The notes below the pieces were generated by a model. That model did not search any database, had not been told where the DNA came from, and saw only the letters and a list, made by a program, of their open reading frames with translations. Below, piece after piece: positions 19,407-28,939 of a stretch of 64,000 nucleotides of DNA (position 1 is its first letter; each line of letters begins with the position of its first letter). A program made the position numbers and the translations under genes. This DNA comes from Myxococcota bacterium (GTDB taxonomy: Bacteria; Myxococcota_A; UBA796; CAJQPC01), in NCBI GenBank assembly GCA_036229005.1, contig JAZAMN010000052.1:426565-490564 (forward strand), in the 5' to 3' direction.

Positions 19407-21415
19407 TGGGGCCTCCCGGGCACGACCACGTAGATGTCCAAGGTGTCCAGGAGGACGGTTCCGTCTCCCAGCACGTTCAAGGTGAGCTTGTAGATCTCGT
19501 CCTCCTCACCCGCCGGGATGGCGCCGAGGAAGTCCAGGGTGAACTGGACGATCTGCCCCGAGGGGGCTCCGCTGATGGAGTAGCTGGAGGGGCTGATGCC
19601 CGTCACGAAGCCATAGGGGTCGTCGACCTCCAGCTCCACGGTGGAGAACTGGACGGACTGCACCAGGTCGCTGATGGCGTTGACGATGGTGTTGCGCAGC
19701 CCGGAGCTGGCCCCGGTCCAGTGGAACACCAGCAGGTCATCGGCGCGCCCGTCGCCGTCCGTGTCGGCCATCGAGCCGGTGCGCGTGGCCAGGTCCTGCA
19801 TCTGGGAGAGCGGCGTGGAGTAGTTGGCCGCGATGCCGATGAGGTAGGCCCCCGAGGCGCTGGCGGCTGCCACCACGTCCGAGGCGCCCGCGTCTCCGGG
19901 GCACCCACCCGGGGTGGCGTAGCCAGCGTCCGGGTCGCGCAGGTTGTTGTCCGTCGCGTACACGATGATGGGCAGCGCGTAGGGGCGGAAGCCGTAGCCG
20001 CCGTCCGTGCCGCCACCGGGGCTGCCCGTGGTGTAGGTCTGCCCGCCGCTGCCGCCGAAGGCATCCGAGGAGCTGGCCAGGAAGGGCCGCACGTCCGTGC
20101 CGGAGTCGAAGCTGCCGTTGCAGTTCTGGTCGTACCCGATGCCCGTGAGGCCCTGGTACAGCCCCTCCATGCCGGACTCGGGAGCGTCGTTTCCGTAGTG
20201 CAGGCCGATGCCGCTGAGGCTGGTCTGCACCGCCGAGATGTTGGAGGTCACCTGCTGGCGCAGGATGAAGGGCCGGTCCTGGCCGCTGCCGAAGCCGCCG
20301 TAGTTGTAGTCGTCGAAGGTGGCCACGCCGTACTCGGCGTCGGGGAGCACGCCGGAGAGCTGCGAGACGATGGAGGAGAACTCCGAGGTCATGCCGTTGA
20401 CCGTGCCGCTCATGGAGCCGGTGGTGTCGATCAAGAAGGCGATGTCGCCCATCTGCACGTTCAGCTCGAAGTCGAAGCGCTCCTCGACGTTGCCGCGCTC
20501 GTCGACCGTGACGTAGATGCCCTCGATGACAGAAGCCGCGCTCTTGGGGTCGGTACCCGCCGCGACCTCCGCGCCGTCGGAGTAGCCGTCGCCGTCGGTG
20601 TCGTTGGCGTAGGGCGAGGTGCCCAGCACGTCCCGCTCTTCGGCGTCGGTCAGGCCGTCGCCATCGCTGTCGATGTCGGCGAAGTCGTAGATCCCGTCGC
20701 CGTCGGTGTCCGCAGGCTCATCCTTGGGGCCGCTGGTGCGCCCCTCCTGCGCGTCGGTGAAGCCGTCCCCGTCGCTGTCCAGATCCAGGTAGTCGGGGGT
20801 CCCGTCGCCGTCCGTATCCGCGGGCTCGGTGTCCCATGCAGATGTCCCGGCCTCGAACACATCGCCGATGCCGTCGCCGTCGCTGTCCAGGTCCTGGTAG
20901 TCCGCGGTCCCGTCCCCGTCGGAGTCCACCTGGGCGCAGTCGGGTCCGATCTCGATGGAGTCCAGGATGCCGTCGCCGTCATCGTCCAGATCCGAGAACG
21001 CCGGCAGATCGTCCCCGTCCAGATCGCTGGAGCCCTCCTGGGCGTCCAGGATGCAGTTGTCGTCCGAGTCCAGATCGCGGAAGTCTTCGACCCCGTCGCC
21101 GTCACTGTCGAAGGGGAGGGTCAGCGGATCCCAGTCACCGGCCTCGTCCTTGTCGGGGATGCCGTCTTCGTCCGAGTCGGTGTCCAGGTGATCGGGGAGG
21201 CCGTCGCCGTCGGTGTCCACGGTGTCCGAGTCCGCCTCGCCGTCCGAGGTCTCCACGTCCACCCAGATGCCCTCGTGGATGTCCAGGATGGTGTCGCCAT
21301 CGCTGTCCACGTAGCTGATCTCGATGTCCTCGCCGTCGCCGCTGCTTCCCCCGCCGTTGCAGGCGGCCAGCGCGGCCAGAGCGGTGAGAGAGAGGGTCAG
21401 AGCCCCAATGCGCAT
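19403..21415 (-). CDS. Lipoprotein with Ca-binding DxDxDG (TSP3-like) repeats and an integrin-beta-like vWA domain (CglD-like architecture)
   Basis: LAAC lipobox; about 14 D[ST]DGDG-type repeats; DIAFLIDTTGSM, GNDAPES, GFRPYALPIIVYATD. Confidence 0.8.
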   Translation of the reverse strand: MRIGALTLSLTALAALAACNGGGSSGDGEDIEISYVDSDGDTILDIHEGIWVDVETSDGEADSDTVDTDGDGLPDHLDTDSDEDGIPDKDEAGDWDPLTLPFDSDGDGVEDFRDLDSDDNCILDAQEGSSDLDGDDLPAFSDLDDDGDGILDSIEIGPDCAQVDSDGDGTADYQDLDSDGDGIGDVFEAGTSAWDTEPADTDGDGTPDYLDLDSDGDGFTDAQEGRTSGPKDEPADTDGDGIYDFADIDSDGDGLTDAEERDVLGTSPYANDTDGDGYSDGAEVAAGTDPKSAASVIEGIYVTVDERGNVEERFDFELNVQMGDIAFLIDTTGSMSGTVNGMTSEFSSIVSQLSGVLPDAEYGVATFDDYNYGGFGSGQDRPFILRQQVTSNISAVQTSLSGIGLHYGNDAPESGMEGLYQGLTGIGYDQNCNGSFDSGTDVRPFLASSSDAFGGSGGQTYTTGSPGGGTDGGYGFRPYALPIIVYATDNNLRDPDAGYATPGGCPGDAGASDVVAAASASGAYLIGIAANYSTPLSQMQDLATRTGSMADTDGDGRADDLLVFHWTGASSGLRNTIVNAISDLVQSVQFSTVELEVDDPYGFVTGISPSSYSISGAPSGQIVQFTLDFLGAIPAGEEDEIYKLTLNVLGDGTVLLDTLDIYVVVPGRPQ

Positions 21416-21490
21416 GGTCTTTCCTCGGTGCAGCGTCAGGGTACCCGTTGACTGCGCGTTTGCAAGGCCCCGCGACAACTTCGCAGGGGG

Positions 21491-21542
21491 ATGTTCACAG
21501 TTTATGTTGACAGTGAATAGGGTGATGTTTACAGTAAGTGCA
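21491..21542 (+). promoter_or_regulatory. Sigma70-type promoter (TTGACA-17 bp-TACAGT) overlapped by three ATGTTNACAGT repeats; predicted leaderless transcript
   Basis: -35 at 21507-21512, -10 at 21530-21535, ATG at 21542; repeats at 21491, 21504 and 21525 in an AT-rich patch. Confidence 0.75.
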
Positions 21543-22039
21543 TGCCACTCCAACAACACCGCGATCGGCGCTTCACGCTCCCCGAGCTCGTCCAGACCGC
21601 CAGCGAGCTGCTGGCCCAGGCCCCAAAGCCCCAGGACGCCCGGGTGAATCCGCTCCCGGACGCGCGCACCGTCCGCTACTACCAATCCACCCAGCTCCTG
21701 GACCGCCCGCTGGGCTACGAAGGTCGCCGCGCGATCTACGGATACCGCCACCTGCTGCAGCTCTGCGCGGTGAAGCTGCTCCAGGGTGCGGGCCGGGGCC
21801 TGGACGAGATCCAGCAGGGTCTGTCCGGCCGCAGCGACGCCCAGCTCGAAGCCAGCCTGCTGCCTGCGCTCGCAGAGCCGGTGTCCTCGCCGATGCCGCA
21901 GAGTGCCCCCAAGCCGCGGGCGCTGATCAGCGCGGAGTTGGGCCCTGGTGTTGTTGTCACCATTGACCCCGACCTTGTCAGTAACCCCCAAGCCCTGCTT
22001 GACCGCCTCACCCAATCCCTCACCCCGGAGCCCCGATGA
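21542..22039 (+). CDS. MerR-type HTH transcriptional regulator
   Basis: PDARTVRYYQSTQLLDRP...AIYGYRHLLQL...LQGAGRGLDEI. Confidence 0.88.
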   Translation: MPLQQHRDRRFTLPELVQTASELLAQAPKPQDARVNPLPDARTVRYYQSTQLLDRPLGYEGRRAIYGYRHLLQLCAVKLLQGAGRGLDEIQQGLSGRSDAQLEASLLPALAEPVSSPMPQSAPKPRALISAELGPGVVVTIDPDLVSNPQALLDRLTQSLTPEPR

Positions 22040-24411
22040 CCCTCTCCCCTACCCTGCCCTCCGCGTCGCCATCTCCTCTGGGTCTGGGGGCGCTGCTTGC
22101 GCTGCTGGATGAGGGCCCGACCTCGCTCCCGCTGCAGTCGGTCAAGGTGCGCGCGCGCGTCTCCGGCCCCATCGCCCGAGCGGTGGTCGAGATGGCGTAT
22201 GAGAACGACCACGCAGAGATCCTGGAGGTGCTGCACCTCTTCCCCGTGCCGCCCCAGGGTGCGGTCCACGGCTTCGTCCTGAGGGCCGATGATCTGGAGG
22301 TCCAGGGCGTCTGCCGCGAGAAGGAGCAGGCCCGCGCTGAGTACCACGATGCCCGCGAGCAGGGGCATCGCGCCGCGCTCCTGGAGTCCCACCGACCCGA
22401 CGTCCACCAGCTCAAGGTCGCGAACATCCCGCCCAAGGCCACCATCACGGTGCGTCTGGAGCTGAGCTGGGTGCTGCCGTGGGAGGGGGGCCGTCAGCGC
22501 TTTGCATTCCCCACCACCATCGCACCTCGGTACCTGCCCGGGAAGGTCATCGGGGCCGACGGCGAGGGCATCCTGCCGGACACCGACCGCGTGCCCGATG
22601 CCTCCAGCCTGCAGCCGCCGGTGCTGCTGGGTGAGCCCGCCCCCTTGGACCTGGAGCTGGAGATCGACGGCGCCGTCAAGCTGCTGGAGGTCGCACAGCA
22701 CAGCGCCCGCACCGAGCTCGGCGAGCGCGTGCGCATCACCCCGCGGGGCGGCAAGCTGGACCGGGACTTCGTGGTGGCCTTCTCCCTGGCGCAGGCCACC
22801 CCCAGCCTGCAGGCCTGGACGGACGGCGAGCGCACGCTGGTCCAGGTGCTGCCTCCCACGGACCTGAGCGCCGAGCCGCTGCCTCGCGACGCCACCTTCA
22901 TCGTGGACATCTCGGGGTCCATGTCGGGCACCAAGATGGAGGCCGCCAAGCTGGCTCTGCGCACCGCTCTGCGCGGCCTGGACGCCCAGGACCGCTTCCG
23001 CCTGCTGGCCTTCGACAACGTCGTGGAGGCCTACCGGGACGCCGCCTTCCTCCCGCTCACCGAAGCGGAGCTCAGCGCGGCGGAGGTCTGGGTCGATCGC
23101 CTGCACCCCCGAGGCGGGACCGAGATGCTGGCGCCCCTCAAGCTGGGCCTGGAGCCCAAGGCGGAGCCTGGCCGGCTGCACACGCTGCTGTTCATCACCG
23201 ACGGTCAGGCGTGGAATCGACAGGAGCTGATCGCCGCCGTGTACCACCGCCGGAACGCCGCCCGCCTGCACACACTGGGGATCGACACGGCCGTCAACGA
23301 GGACCTGCTGGGCCAGCTCGCGCGGGTCGGCGGGGGCACCGCGACCTTCTGCACGCCCCAAGACGACATCGAGGAGCGCGTGGCCGCCCTGGAGTCCCGC
23401 TTTGGAGCCCCCCTGGTCCAGGTCACGGAGCTCGGCGGCCTCCCCCGCAACGGCGAGGTGTTCAGCGACCAACCCGCCCTGCTCTGGTTGGAGTCGGCGC
23501 CCGAGGCCATCACCCTCAAGGCCCGGGGCCCCGCTGGGGACTTCGAGCTGGAGACCAAGGCGCAGCGCACGGACTCCCTGGGCGCCGCGTTCGCCAAGGA
23601 GCGCATCCAGGCCCTGGAGGACCGCCTGGTCGTCCACCCGCACGAAGAGGAGGCCCTCAAGCCCGCGATCCTCAAGCTCTCCCTGGCCCACCAAGTGCTG
23701 AGCTCCCAGACCGCGTTCGTGGCCGTCGACAAGTCCGCCAAGGTCCTGGGGCCCAAGGTGCAGGTGTCCCAGCCCAGCGCGGTCCCCGACCAGTGGGAGG
23801 GCGGGGGTGGTGCCCCGATGATGGCCGCCGCCGCGCCGCCTCCCCCGTCCCCGATGGGCGCCCGCAGGCCCCCCGGTGCCAGCGCTCCCCCGAGGGGCGT
23901 CAAGAAGTCCGCCAAGCGCCCCACCCCCAAGCGCCCTGCCTCAAAGAGAGAGCGCGGCGTGGTCGAGCTCTTCCAGCGCGTGTTCAGCGGCGCCCCCGAC
24001 ATGGAGGAGGTGGAGGAGTCCATGGTGCTCGCAGACGAGGCCCCCACCATCATGGCCCCTTCACCCGCACCCCCAGTCTTTGAGCCCGAGCCCGCAGTCG
24101 AGGACAGGGTGACCTCGCCGGCGGTCGGGTTGGTTCAGAGTCAGCGGGTGGACGGGTCCTGGGGCGGTGTGCCCGAGACTGTCGCAGCGCTGCTGGCCCT
24201 CGTCCTCCTGGGAAACACCCGCCTGACTGGGGCCCGGAGGCGCGCGGTCGCCAAGGCGGCCCGCTGGTTGGGCAAGCGCTCGGAGCCGCTGGCGGCAGAG
24301 GCCCTGGAGATCCTGGCGGCGGCCGAGGCGGGACAGGCACCGGAGCCCTCGGAGCTGGCGGGCTTTGTGGTCCCTGGCCCGGAGGGTGAGGTCCTGGCTG
24401 GCCTCACCTGA
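22036..24411 (+). CDS. VIT + vWA domain protein (VWA5A/PARP4-like architecture)
   Basis: N-terminal VIT (LPLQSVKV...FPVPPQGAV...VANIPP), vWA DISGSM / GGTEM / FITDG, C-terminal QRVDGSW helical domain; ATGA overlap with merR. Confidence 0.9.
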   Translation: MTLSPTLPSASPSPLGLGALLALLDEGPTSLPLQSVKVRARVSGPIARAVVEMAYENDHAEILEVLHLFPVPPQGAVHGFVLRADDLEVQGVCREKEQARAEYHDAREQGHRAALLESHRPDVHQLKVANIPPKATITVRLELSWVLPWEGGRQRFAFPTTIAPRYLPGKVIGADGEGILPDTDRVPDASSLQPPVLLGEPAPLDLELEIDGAVKLLEVAQHSARTELGERVRITPRGGKLDRDFVVAFSLAQATPSLQAWTDGERTLVQVLPPTDLSAEPLPRDATFIVDISGSMSGTKMEAAKLALRTALRGLDAQDRFRLLAFDNVVEAYRDAAFLPLTEAELSAAEVWVDRLHPRGGTEMLAPLKLGLEPKAEPGRLHTLLFITDGQAWNRQELIAAVYHRRNAARLHTLGIDTAVNEDLLGQLARVGGGTATFCTPQDDIEERVAALESRFGAPLVQVTELGGLPRNGEVFSDQPALLWLESAPEAITLKARGPAGDFELETKAQRTDSLGAAFAKERIQALEDRLVVHPHEEEALKPAILKLSLAHQVLSSQTAFVAVDKSAKVLGPKVQVSQPSAVPDQWEGGGGAPMMAAAAPPPPSPMGARRPPGASAPPRGVKKSAKRPTPKRPASKRERGVVELFQRVFSGAPDMEEVEESMVLADEAPTIMAPSPAPPVFEPEPAVEDRVTSPAVGLVQSQRVDGSWGGVPETVAALLALVLLGNTRLTGARRRAVAKAARWLGKRSEPLAAEALEILAAAEAGQAPEPSELAGFVVPGPEGEVLAGLT

Positions 24412-24414
24412 GCG

Positions 24415-25113
24415 TCAGAACCCGATGCTGAACCCGAAGCCCTGAACCGGTCCCCGCGTGGTCTGGCGCCTGGAGTAGGCGCCGGCCACGTGGAAGCCGT
24501 TGATGTAGACGGCCACGCCGGCCTGCCAGGCGAACTCGTGGCCGAAGCCGAAGGTGTCGATCGTCGACCAGTCCACGCGGCGGCTGGGCTCGGCGAGCCA
24601 GGCGGTGCTGGCGCCGAAGAGGAAGGCGACCTCGGGGGGGCCGAAGGTGGCGACGACGGGGAACTCGACGCCCCAGCTCATGGGGAGTTGGGTGCGGGTG
24701 CCGTTGAAGCCGTTGCGGAACACGTCCACGCCGCCCATGACCGACCAGAGGTCCTTCTGGGGGCCGATGAAGCTGCCCACGCGCAGATCGGAGCCCGCCA
24801 GGCCGCCGACGAAGATGCCCTGGGCGCGGGCGCGGGTCTTGCCGGCCAGGATGGTCTCGGTGTCCGCATAGGCGACGCCCGCTTCGAGTCCCAGGTTGAA
24901 GGCCAGGGTCTGGTTGCCCACGCCGCCGTAGAGCGCCGCCGAGCCGATGGGGTCCCAGTAGGGCTGGAAGATGACGCGCTCGCGCACCTGCTTGAGGGTG
25001 CCGCCGACCTCGACGCTGCCGGGCTCTCCGGGGTTCTCGGGCGGCGGGGTCTCTGGGGCCGTCTCCGGCGTGGGGTCCTGGGCCAGAGCCAGTCCGACGA
25101 AGGCCAAAATCAC
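24415..25113 (-). CDS. Secreted hypothetical protein, probable outer-membrane beta-barrel
   Basis: Short signal peptide MILAFVGLALA; beta-rich; ends in GFGFSIGF. Confidence 0.6.
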   Translation of the reverse strand: MILAFVGLALAQDPTPETAPETPPPENPGEPGSVEVGGTLKQVRERVIFQPYWDPIGSAALYGGVGNQTLAFNLGLEAGVAYADTETILAGKTRARAQGIFVGGLAGSDLRVGSFIGPQKDLWSVMGGVDVFRNGFNGTRTQLPMSWGVEFPVVATFGPPEVAFLFGASTAWLAEPSRRVDWSTIDTFGFGHEFAWQAGVAVYINGFHVAGAYSRRQTTRGPVQGFGFSIGF

Positions 25114-26117
25114 TGCAGGGTCTCCTGGACGCGGGTCACGCTGCCCCCCTGGTGGATGCTGCGGATCACGCGCGCCAGCAGGGGCTCGAGGTCAAAGGAA
25201 CGGTACCAGGGCGGAGCGAGGGGCTGCTGGACGGCGGAGGTCCCGACCACGGAGAAGCGCCAGCCTTCGGCCACTGCGCGCGCGTGGACGGCCGAGAGGC
25301 GCTCGAAGGCGGGCCCCGAGAGCACGGGGTGCACGCAGGCCAGGGTGATGTCCTTGGCGCCCTCCTCCTTGAGGGTGTCGACGGCCGCGACGGCCGAGCC
25401 CGCGGTGTCCACGATGTCGTCGACCATGAGCACGTCGTGCCCGGCGACCTCGCCCAGCAGGCTGGAGCTGGTGACCGTGTTGGGGCGGCTGTAGTCGCGC
25501 TCCTTGGAGAGCGTCGCGATGGCCAGGTTCAGGGTCTCGGCGTAGCGGCGGGCGCGCTCCAGGCCGCCCACGTCGGGCGAGACCACGGTGTCCCCGCAGA
25601 GCCCCTGCTCGCGCAGCCATGGGGCGAGCTGGCGGTGCAGGTAGAGGTTCTCCAGCACGCAGCGGCGGGGGTCGAACATGCCCGCGATGGCCTCGTTGTG
25701 GATCTCCACGCTGATCACGCGGTCGCAGCCGGCGGCCTCGAACATGCGGGCCACCAGCCCGGCGGCGATGCCCTCGCGGGTGCGGCCCTTGCGCTTGTCC
25801 TGGCGCGCGCCGGGGAAGTAGGGGCTGACCACGGTGATCTCGGCGGCGTCCCCCAGCCGGGCGGCCTCGACCGCGTTCAAGCACATGACGAGCTGGTCGT
25901 AGATGCTTCGAGGGCTCCCGGGGGCCACCATCGCCGCCAGGATGTAGACGGAGCAGCCGCGGACGTTGTCCTGGATGGCGACCTTGCCCTCGCCGCAGGA
26001 GAACCAGGTCTCGCCCCGGCGCAGCAGCGAAGACTCCAGCCGCTCGGCGATCCGCTGCGCGCTCTGCTCGGCGCCCCCCAGGGCCAGGAGTCGCAGCGGG
26101 GGTCGGGTCTGCAGCAT
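25110..26117 (-). CDS. prs: Ribose-phosphate pyrophosphokinase
   Basis: PYFPGARQDK, VVSPDVGG, MVDDIVDTAGS PRPP loop. Confidence 0.9.
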   Translation of the reverse strand: MLQTRPPLRLLALGGAEQSAQRIAERLESSLLRRGETWFSCGEGKVAIQDNVRGCSVYILAAMVAPGSPRSIYDQLVMCLNAVEAARLGDAAEITVVSPYFPGARQDKRKGRTREGIAAGLVARMFEAAGCDRVISVEIHNEAIAGMFDPRRCVLENLYLHRQLAPWLREQGLCGDTVVSPDVGGLERARRYAETLNLAIATLSKERDYSRPNTVTSSSLLGEVAGHDVLMVDDIVDTAGSAVAAVDTLKEEGAKDITLACVHPVLSGPAFERLSAVHARAVAEGWRFSVVGTSAVQQPLAPPWYRSFDLEPLLARVIRSIHQGGSVTRVQETLQ

Positions 26118-26196
26118 GGGGCCTCCAGTCCGGGGAACGCTATCCCATGCGGTGCAGGGGCCGGGATCCCGACGCTGCCTCCTGTAGACTGCGCGC

Positions 26197-27699
26197 GTGT
26201 CCGACTCGCAGCAGCAACCCCGCATCGGGAACTTCCAGACCCAGCGCCTCCTGGGGATCGGCTCCGGGGGACGGGTGTGGTTGGCCCAGAGCCCCGAGGG
26301 GCGGCTGGTGGCCCTCAAGGTCGCCGAGGATCCGCTCCAGCGGGCCCGGCTCCGGCGGGAGGTCGCCGCGCTGCAGGTCCTCTCCCACCGCTACGTGGTC
26401 GGGCTGGTGGACTCCGAGCCCCAGGGGAGCTGGCTGGCCACCGAGTACGTACAAGGCAGCACCCTGGCCCACTGGGGCACCCAGCGCACCCAGCCCGAGC
26501 GCATCGAGGTCTGCGCCCGCCTGGCAGAGGCCGTGGCCCACCTGCACGACTGCGGGCTGGTGCACGGCGACCTCAAGCCCTCCAACGTGATGGTGGACGG
26601 CTACGGGGCCCCCCGGCTGATCGACCTGGGCACCGCTCAGCCCGCGGAGCACCCCGCCCGGGACGAGGGCTTCAACGGGACCCTGGGCTACGTCGGCCCC
26701 GAGCTGCTCTCCGGGGCCAGCCCCTCCCGCGCCAGCGACGTCTACAGCCTGGGCGCGCTGGTCTACACGCTACTGACCCACCGCGCGCCCTTCCGCTCCG
26801 CGGACCCCGCCGCTCTGGCCTTCCTGCCCCTGAGCAGCTTCCCGGAGCCCCCCTCCTCACTGGTGCCCAAGCTGCCCAAGGCGATGGACGACCTGGTGCT
26901 CCAGATGCTGACCCGCACCCCCGAGCGCCGCCCCCGCTCCCAAGGCCTCTCCGGCCGCCTGCGCCGCGCTCTGCGCTCCCCCATCAGCCTCCCGGTGGTG
27001 GGCATGAGCCGCGAGCGGGCCACCCTGCGCCGGGCCCTCGCCGCCAGCATGGACGGCGCCTGTCAGGTCATCGTCCTGCACGGCGGGGACGGCAGCGGGC
27101 GGCGCACGCTCATCCAGGAGAACATCGCCCTGGCCCGCCGCGAGGGCATGCCGGTGCTCCAGGGCCCCGGAGACGACCCTCGCGAGCTCATCGAGCAGCT
27201 CAAGGGCCTGCGCGGCAAGGGACAGGGGGCGCTGGTGCACTGCCAGGCGGGCTCACGCGCGGTGCTGGAGTTCTCCGCCCGGGTCCTGGCCGAGCAGCTC
27301 CCGGTGCTGGTGCTCATCCGCAGCGAGCGCCCGCTGATGCCTCTGACCAACCTGGGGGCGCGCCACCTGAGCCCCAGCCCCCTGCAGCTCCCGCACGTGC
27401 GCCTGCTGTTGTCCTCGGCCGACCAGAATCTGGAGCGGGCTGGTGAAATCCACGAGCGCACCCGCGGTAGGCCCGGGGCTGTCGTGGGCTACCTTCAGCC
27501 CCCCTCCCGAGGCGCCTCCGGCTTGAACCCCCAGCAGATCGAGCTGCTGCGGATCACCGCGAGCGAGGCCGTGGAGCTGCCGGTGCTCGCCCAGATGCTG
27601 GAGATCGGCGAGCACGAGCTGCTGGACCTCGCCGAGCCGCTGCTGGATCGCGGCCTGCTGGTCGAGGTCAACGACGGGCTGTCCCTCAAGGCCCACTGA
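26197..27699 (+). CDS. Ser/Thr protein kinase with degenerate C-terminal P-loop domain
   Basis: LGIGSGGRV, VALK, HGDLKPSN, DLG, GTLGYVGPE, DVYSLG; then VVGMSRE and GGDGSGRRT. Confidence 0.88.
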   Translation: MSDSQQQPRIGNFQTQRLLGIGSGGRVWLAQSPEGRLVALKVAEDPLQRARLRREVAALQVLSHRYVVGLVDSEPQGSWLATEYVQGSTLAHWGTQRTQPERIEVCARLAEAVAHLHDCGLVHGDLKPSNVMVDGYGAPRLIDLGTAQPAEHPARDEGFNGTLGYVGPELLSGASPSRASDVYSLGALVYTLLTHRAPFRSADPAALAFLPLSSFPEPPSSLVPKLPKAMDDLVLQMLTRTPERRPRSQGLSGRLRRALRSPISLPVVGMSRERATLRRALAASMDGACQVIVLHGGDGSGRRTLIQENIALARREGMPVLQGPGDDPRELIEQLKGLRGKGQGALVHCQAGSRAVLEFSARVLAEQLPVLVLIRSERPLMPLTNLGARHLSPSPLQLPHVRLLLSSADQNLERAGEIHERTRGRPGAVVGYLQPPSRGASGLNPQQIELLRITASEAVELPVLAQMLEIGEHELLDLAEPLLDRGLLVEVNDGLSLKAH

Positions 27700-27770
27700 A
27701 GGCCCGTCCCCCTGAAAACACAGCGCCCCCAGGCCGGAGCCCAGGGGCGTCGGTGGCGCAGAGGGCGCGG

Positions 27771-28295
27771 CTACTGCTTGTCCATCCAGGTGCCCAGGGC
27801 CTGGTTGGTCTTCTGCAGGTTGGGCGTGATGAGCGAGACGATGAACTGCTCGACCTTGGGGCCGATGCGGCCGGCGACCAGGCGCGGGACGCCGGGGATG
27901 CCCTTGAGATCGATGCTCAGGTCCCCCTCCAGCAGCACGCGGGTGCGGCCGTTGCCGGCGTCCACGAAGGTGTTGGTGCCCTTGCACTTGACCGAGTCGG
28001 TGAACGCGCGGGGCTTGATCTCCCAGTGGCAGCGCAGCTCGCCGTCGCGCCAGTCTGCGAAGTCGTCCCAGCGCAGCATCTCGGGCTTGAGGAAGGCCTT
28101 GGCGAAGGTGGGGATCTCCCGCTGGGCGAACCACACGTTGTGCAGCTTCACCACGCCGTCGCTCTCCTCCCGCTTCTCGACCACGATCTTCTGGATGTCG
28201 TCGATCAGGGGCGCGAACTCGGGCAGGTGGTCGCGGTAGGCCAGGAAGGCCTCGCGGGGGCTGTGGTTCAGCAGGGACTCGGAGTGGATGCGCAT
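27771..28295 (-). CDS. START/SRPBCC-fold (DUF2505-like) protein
   Basis: About 174 aa, beta-rich with a long C-terminal helix; good codon usage. Confidence 0.6.
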   Translation of the reverse strand: MRIHSESLLNHSPREAFLAYRDHLPEFAPLIDDIQKIVVEKREESDGVVKLHNVWFAQREIPTFAKAFLKPEMLRWDDFADWRDGELRCHWEIKPRAFTDSVKCKGTNTFVDAGNGRTRVLLEGDLSIDLKGIPGVPRLVAGRIGPKVEQFIVSLITPNLQKTNQALGTWMDKQ

Positions 28296-28342
28296 GGGGA
28301 TGCTCCGCAGCTTGAGAGGGTCCGGGAAGCTATCATGCACAG

Positions 28343-28939
28343 GTGCTGAACACGGACGACGCCTTCCTCGACGCCCTCACCCAGGCGGTCGATTCCATCG
28401 AAACCACCACCACCGTGGAGGTCGTGGTCGTGATCGCCCCCAGCTCGGGGAGCTACCGCGATCTCAGCCTGCTCGCGGGGGGCTGCGCGGCCGCCCTGGG
28501 CCTGTGCGTGGCCCTGTTCGCCCCGGTGGACTTCCACAGCGCGTGGATCCCCGTCGATCTGCTGGTGCTCGCGGCCGCCGCCCACTGGGTCGTGGGGCGC
28601 TGGCCCTGGGCGCTGGCCCACATCGCCTCCCGCTCCCGCAAGGCCGCCCAGGTCGATCTCGCCGCCGACGCCGCATTCCACCGGGAGCGCGTCCACGACA
28701 CCCCCGAGCGCCAGGCCGTACTGGTCTACATCTCTCTTTTGGAGGGAGAGGTGCGCCTGGTGCCCGACGCTGGCGTGGCCCGCCACATCCCCCCCGCAGA
28801 GCTCAAACACCTGCACTGGGATCTCTCCACCAGCGAGGACACACTGGCCAGCCTCGGGCGCCTCGGGGACCTGCTCGCGGCCCACCTGCCCGGCCAGAGC
28901 GCCGGCCTGATCCCCAACCACCCGCGGGTGCTCCCGTGA
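28343..28939 (+). CDS. TPM-domain membrane protein
   Basis: AVDSIETTTTVEVVVVI, two TMs, AFHRERVHDT...VLVYISLLE...VPDAGV. Confidence 0.8.
   Translation: MLNTDDAFLDALTQAVDSIETTTTVEVVVVIAPSSGSYRDLSLLAGGCAAALGLCVALFAPVDFHSAWIPVDLLVLAAAAHWVVGRWPWALAHIASRSRKAAQVDLAADAAFHRERVHDTPERQAVLVYISLLEGEVRLVPDAGVARHIPPAELKHLHWDLSTSEDTLASLGRLGDLLAAHLPGQSAGLIPNHPRVLP

Noticed and set aside
20570..21320. Recurring GCCGTCGCCGTC-like DNA repeats
   Set aside because: They are explained by the encoded DxDGDG calcium-binding repeats.
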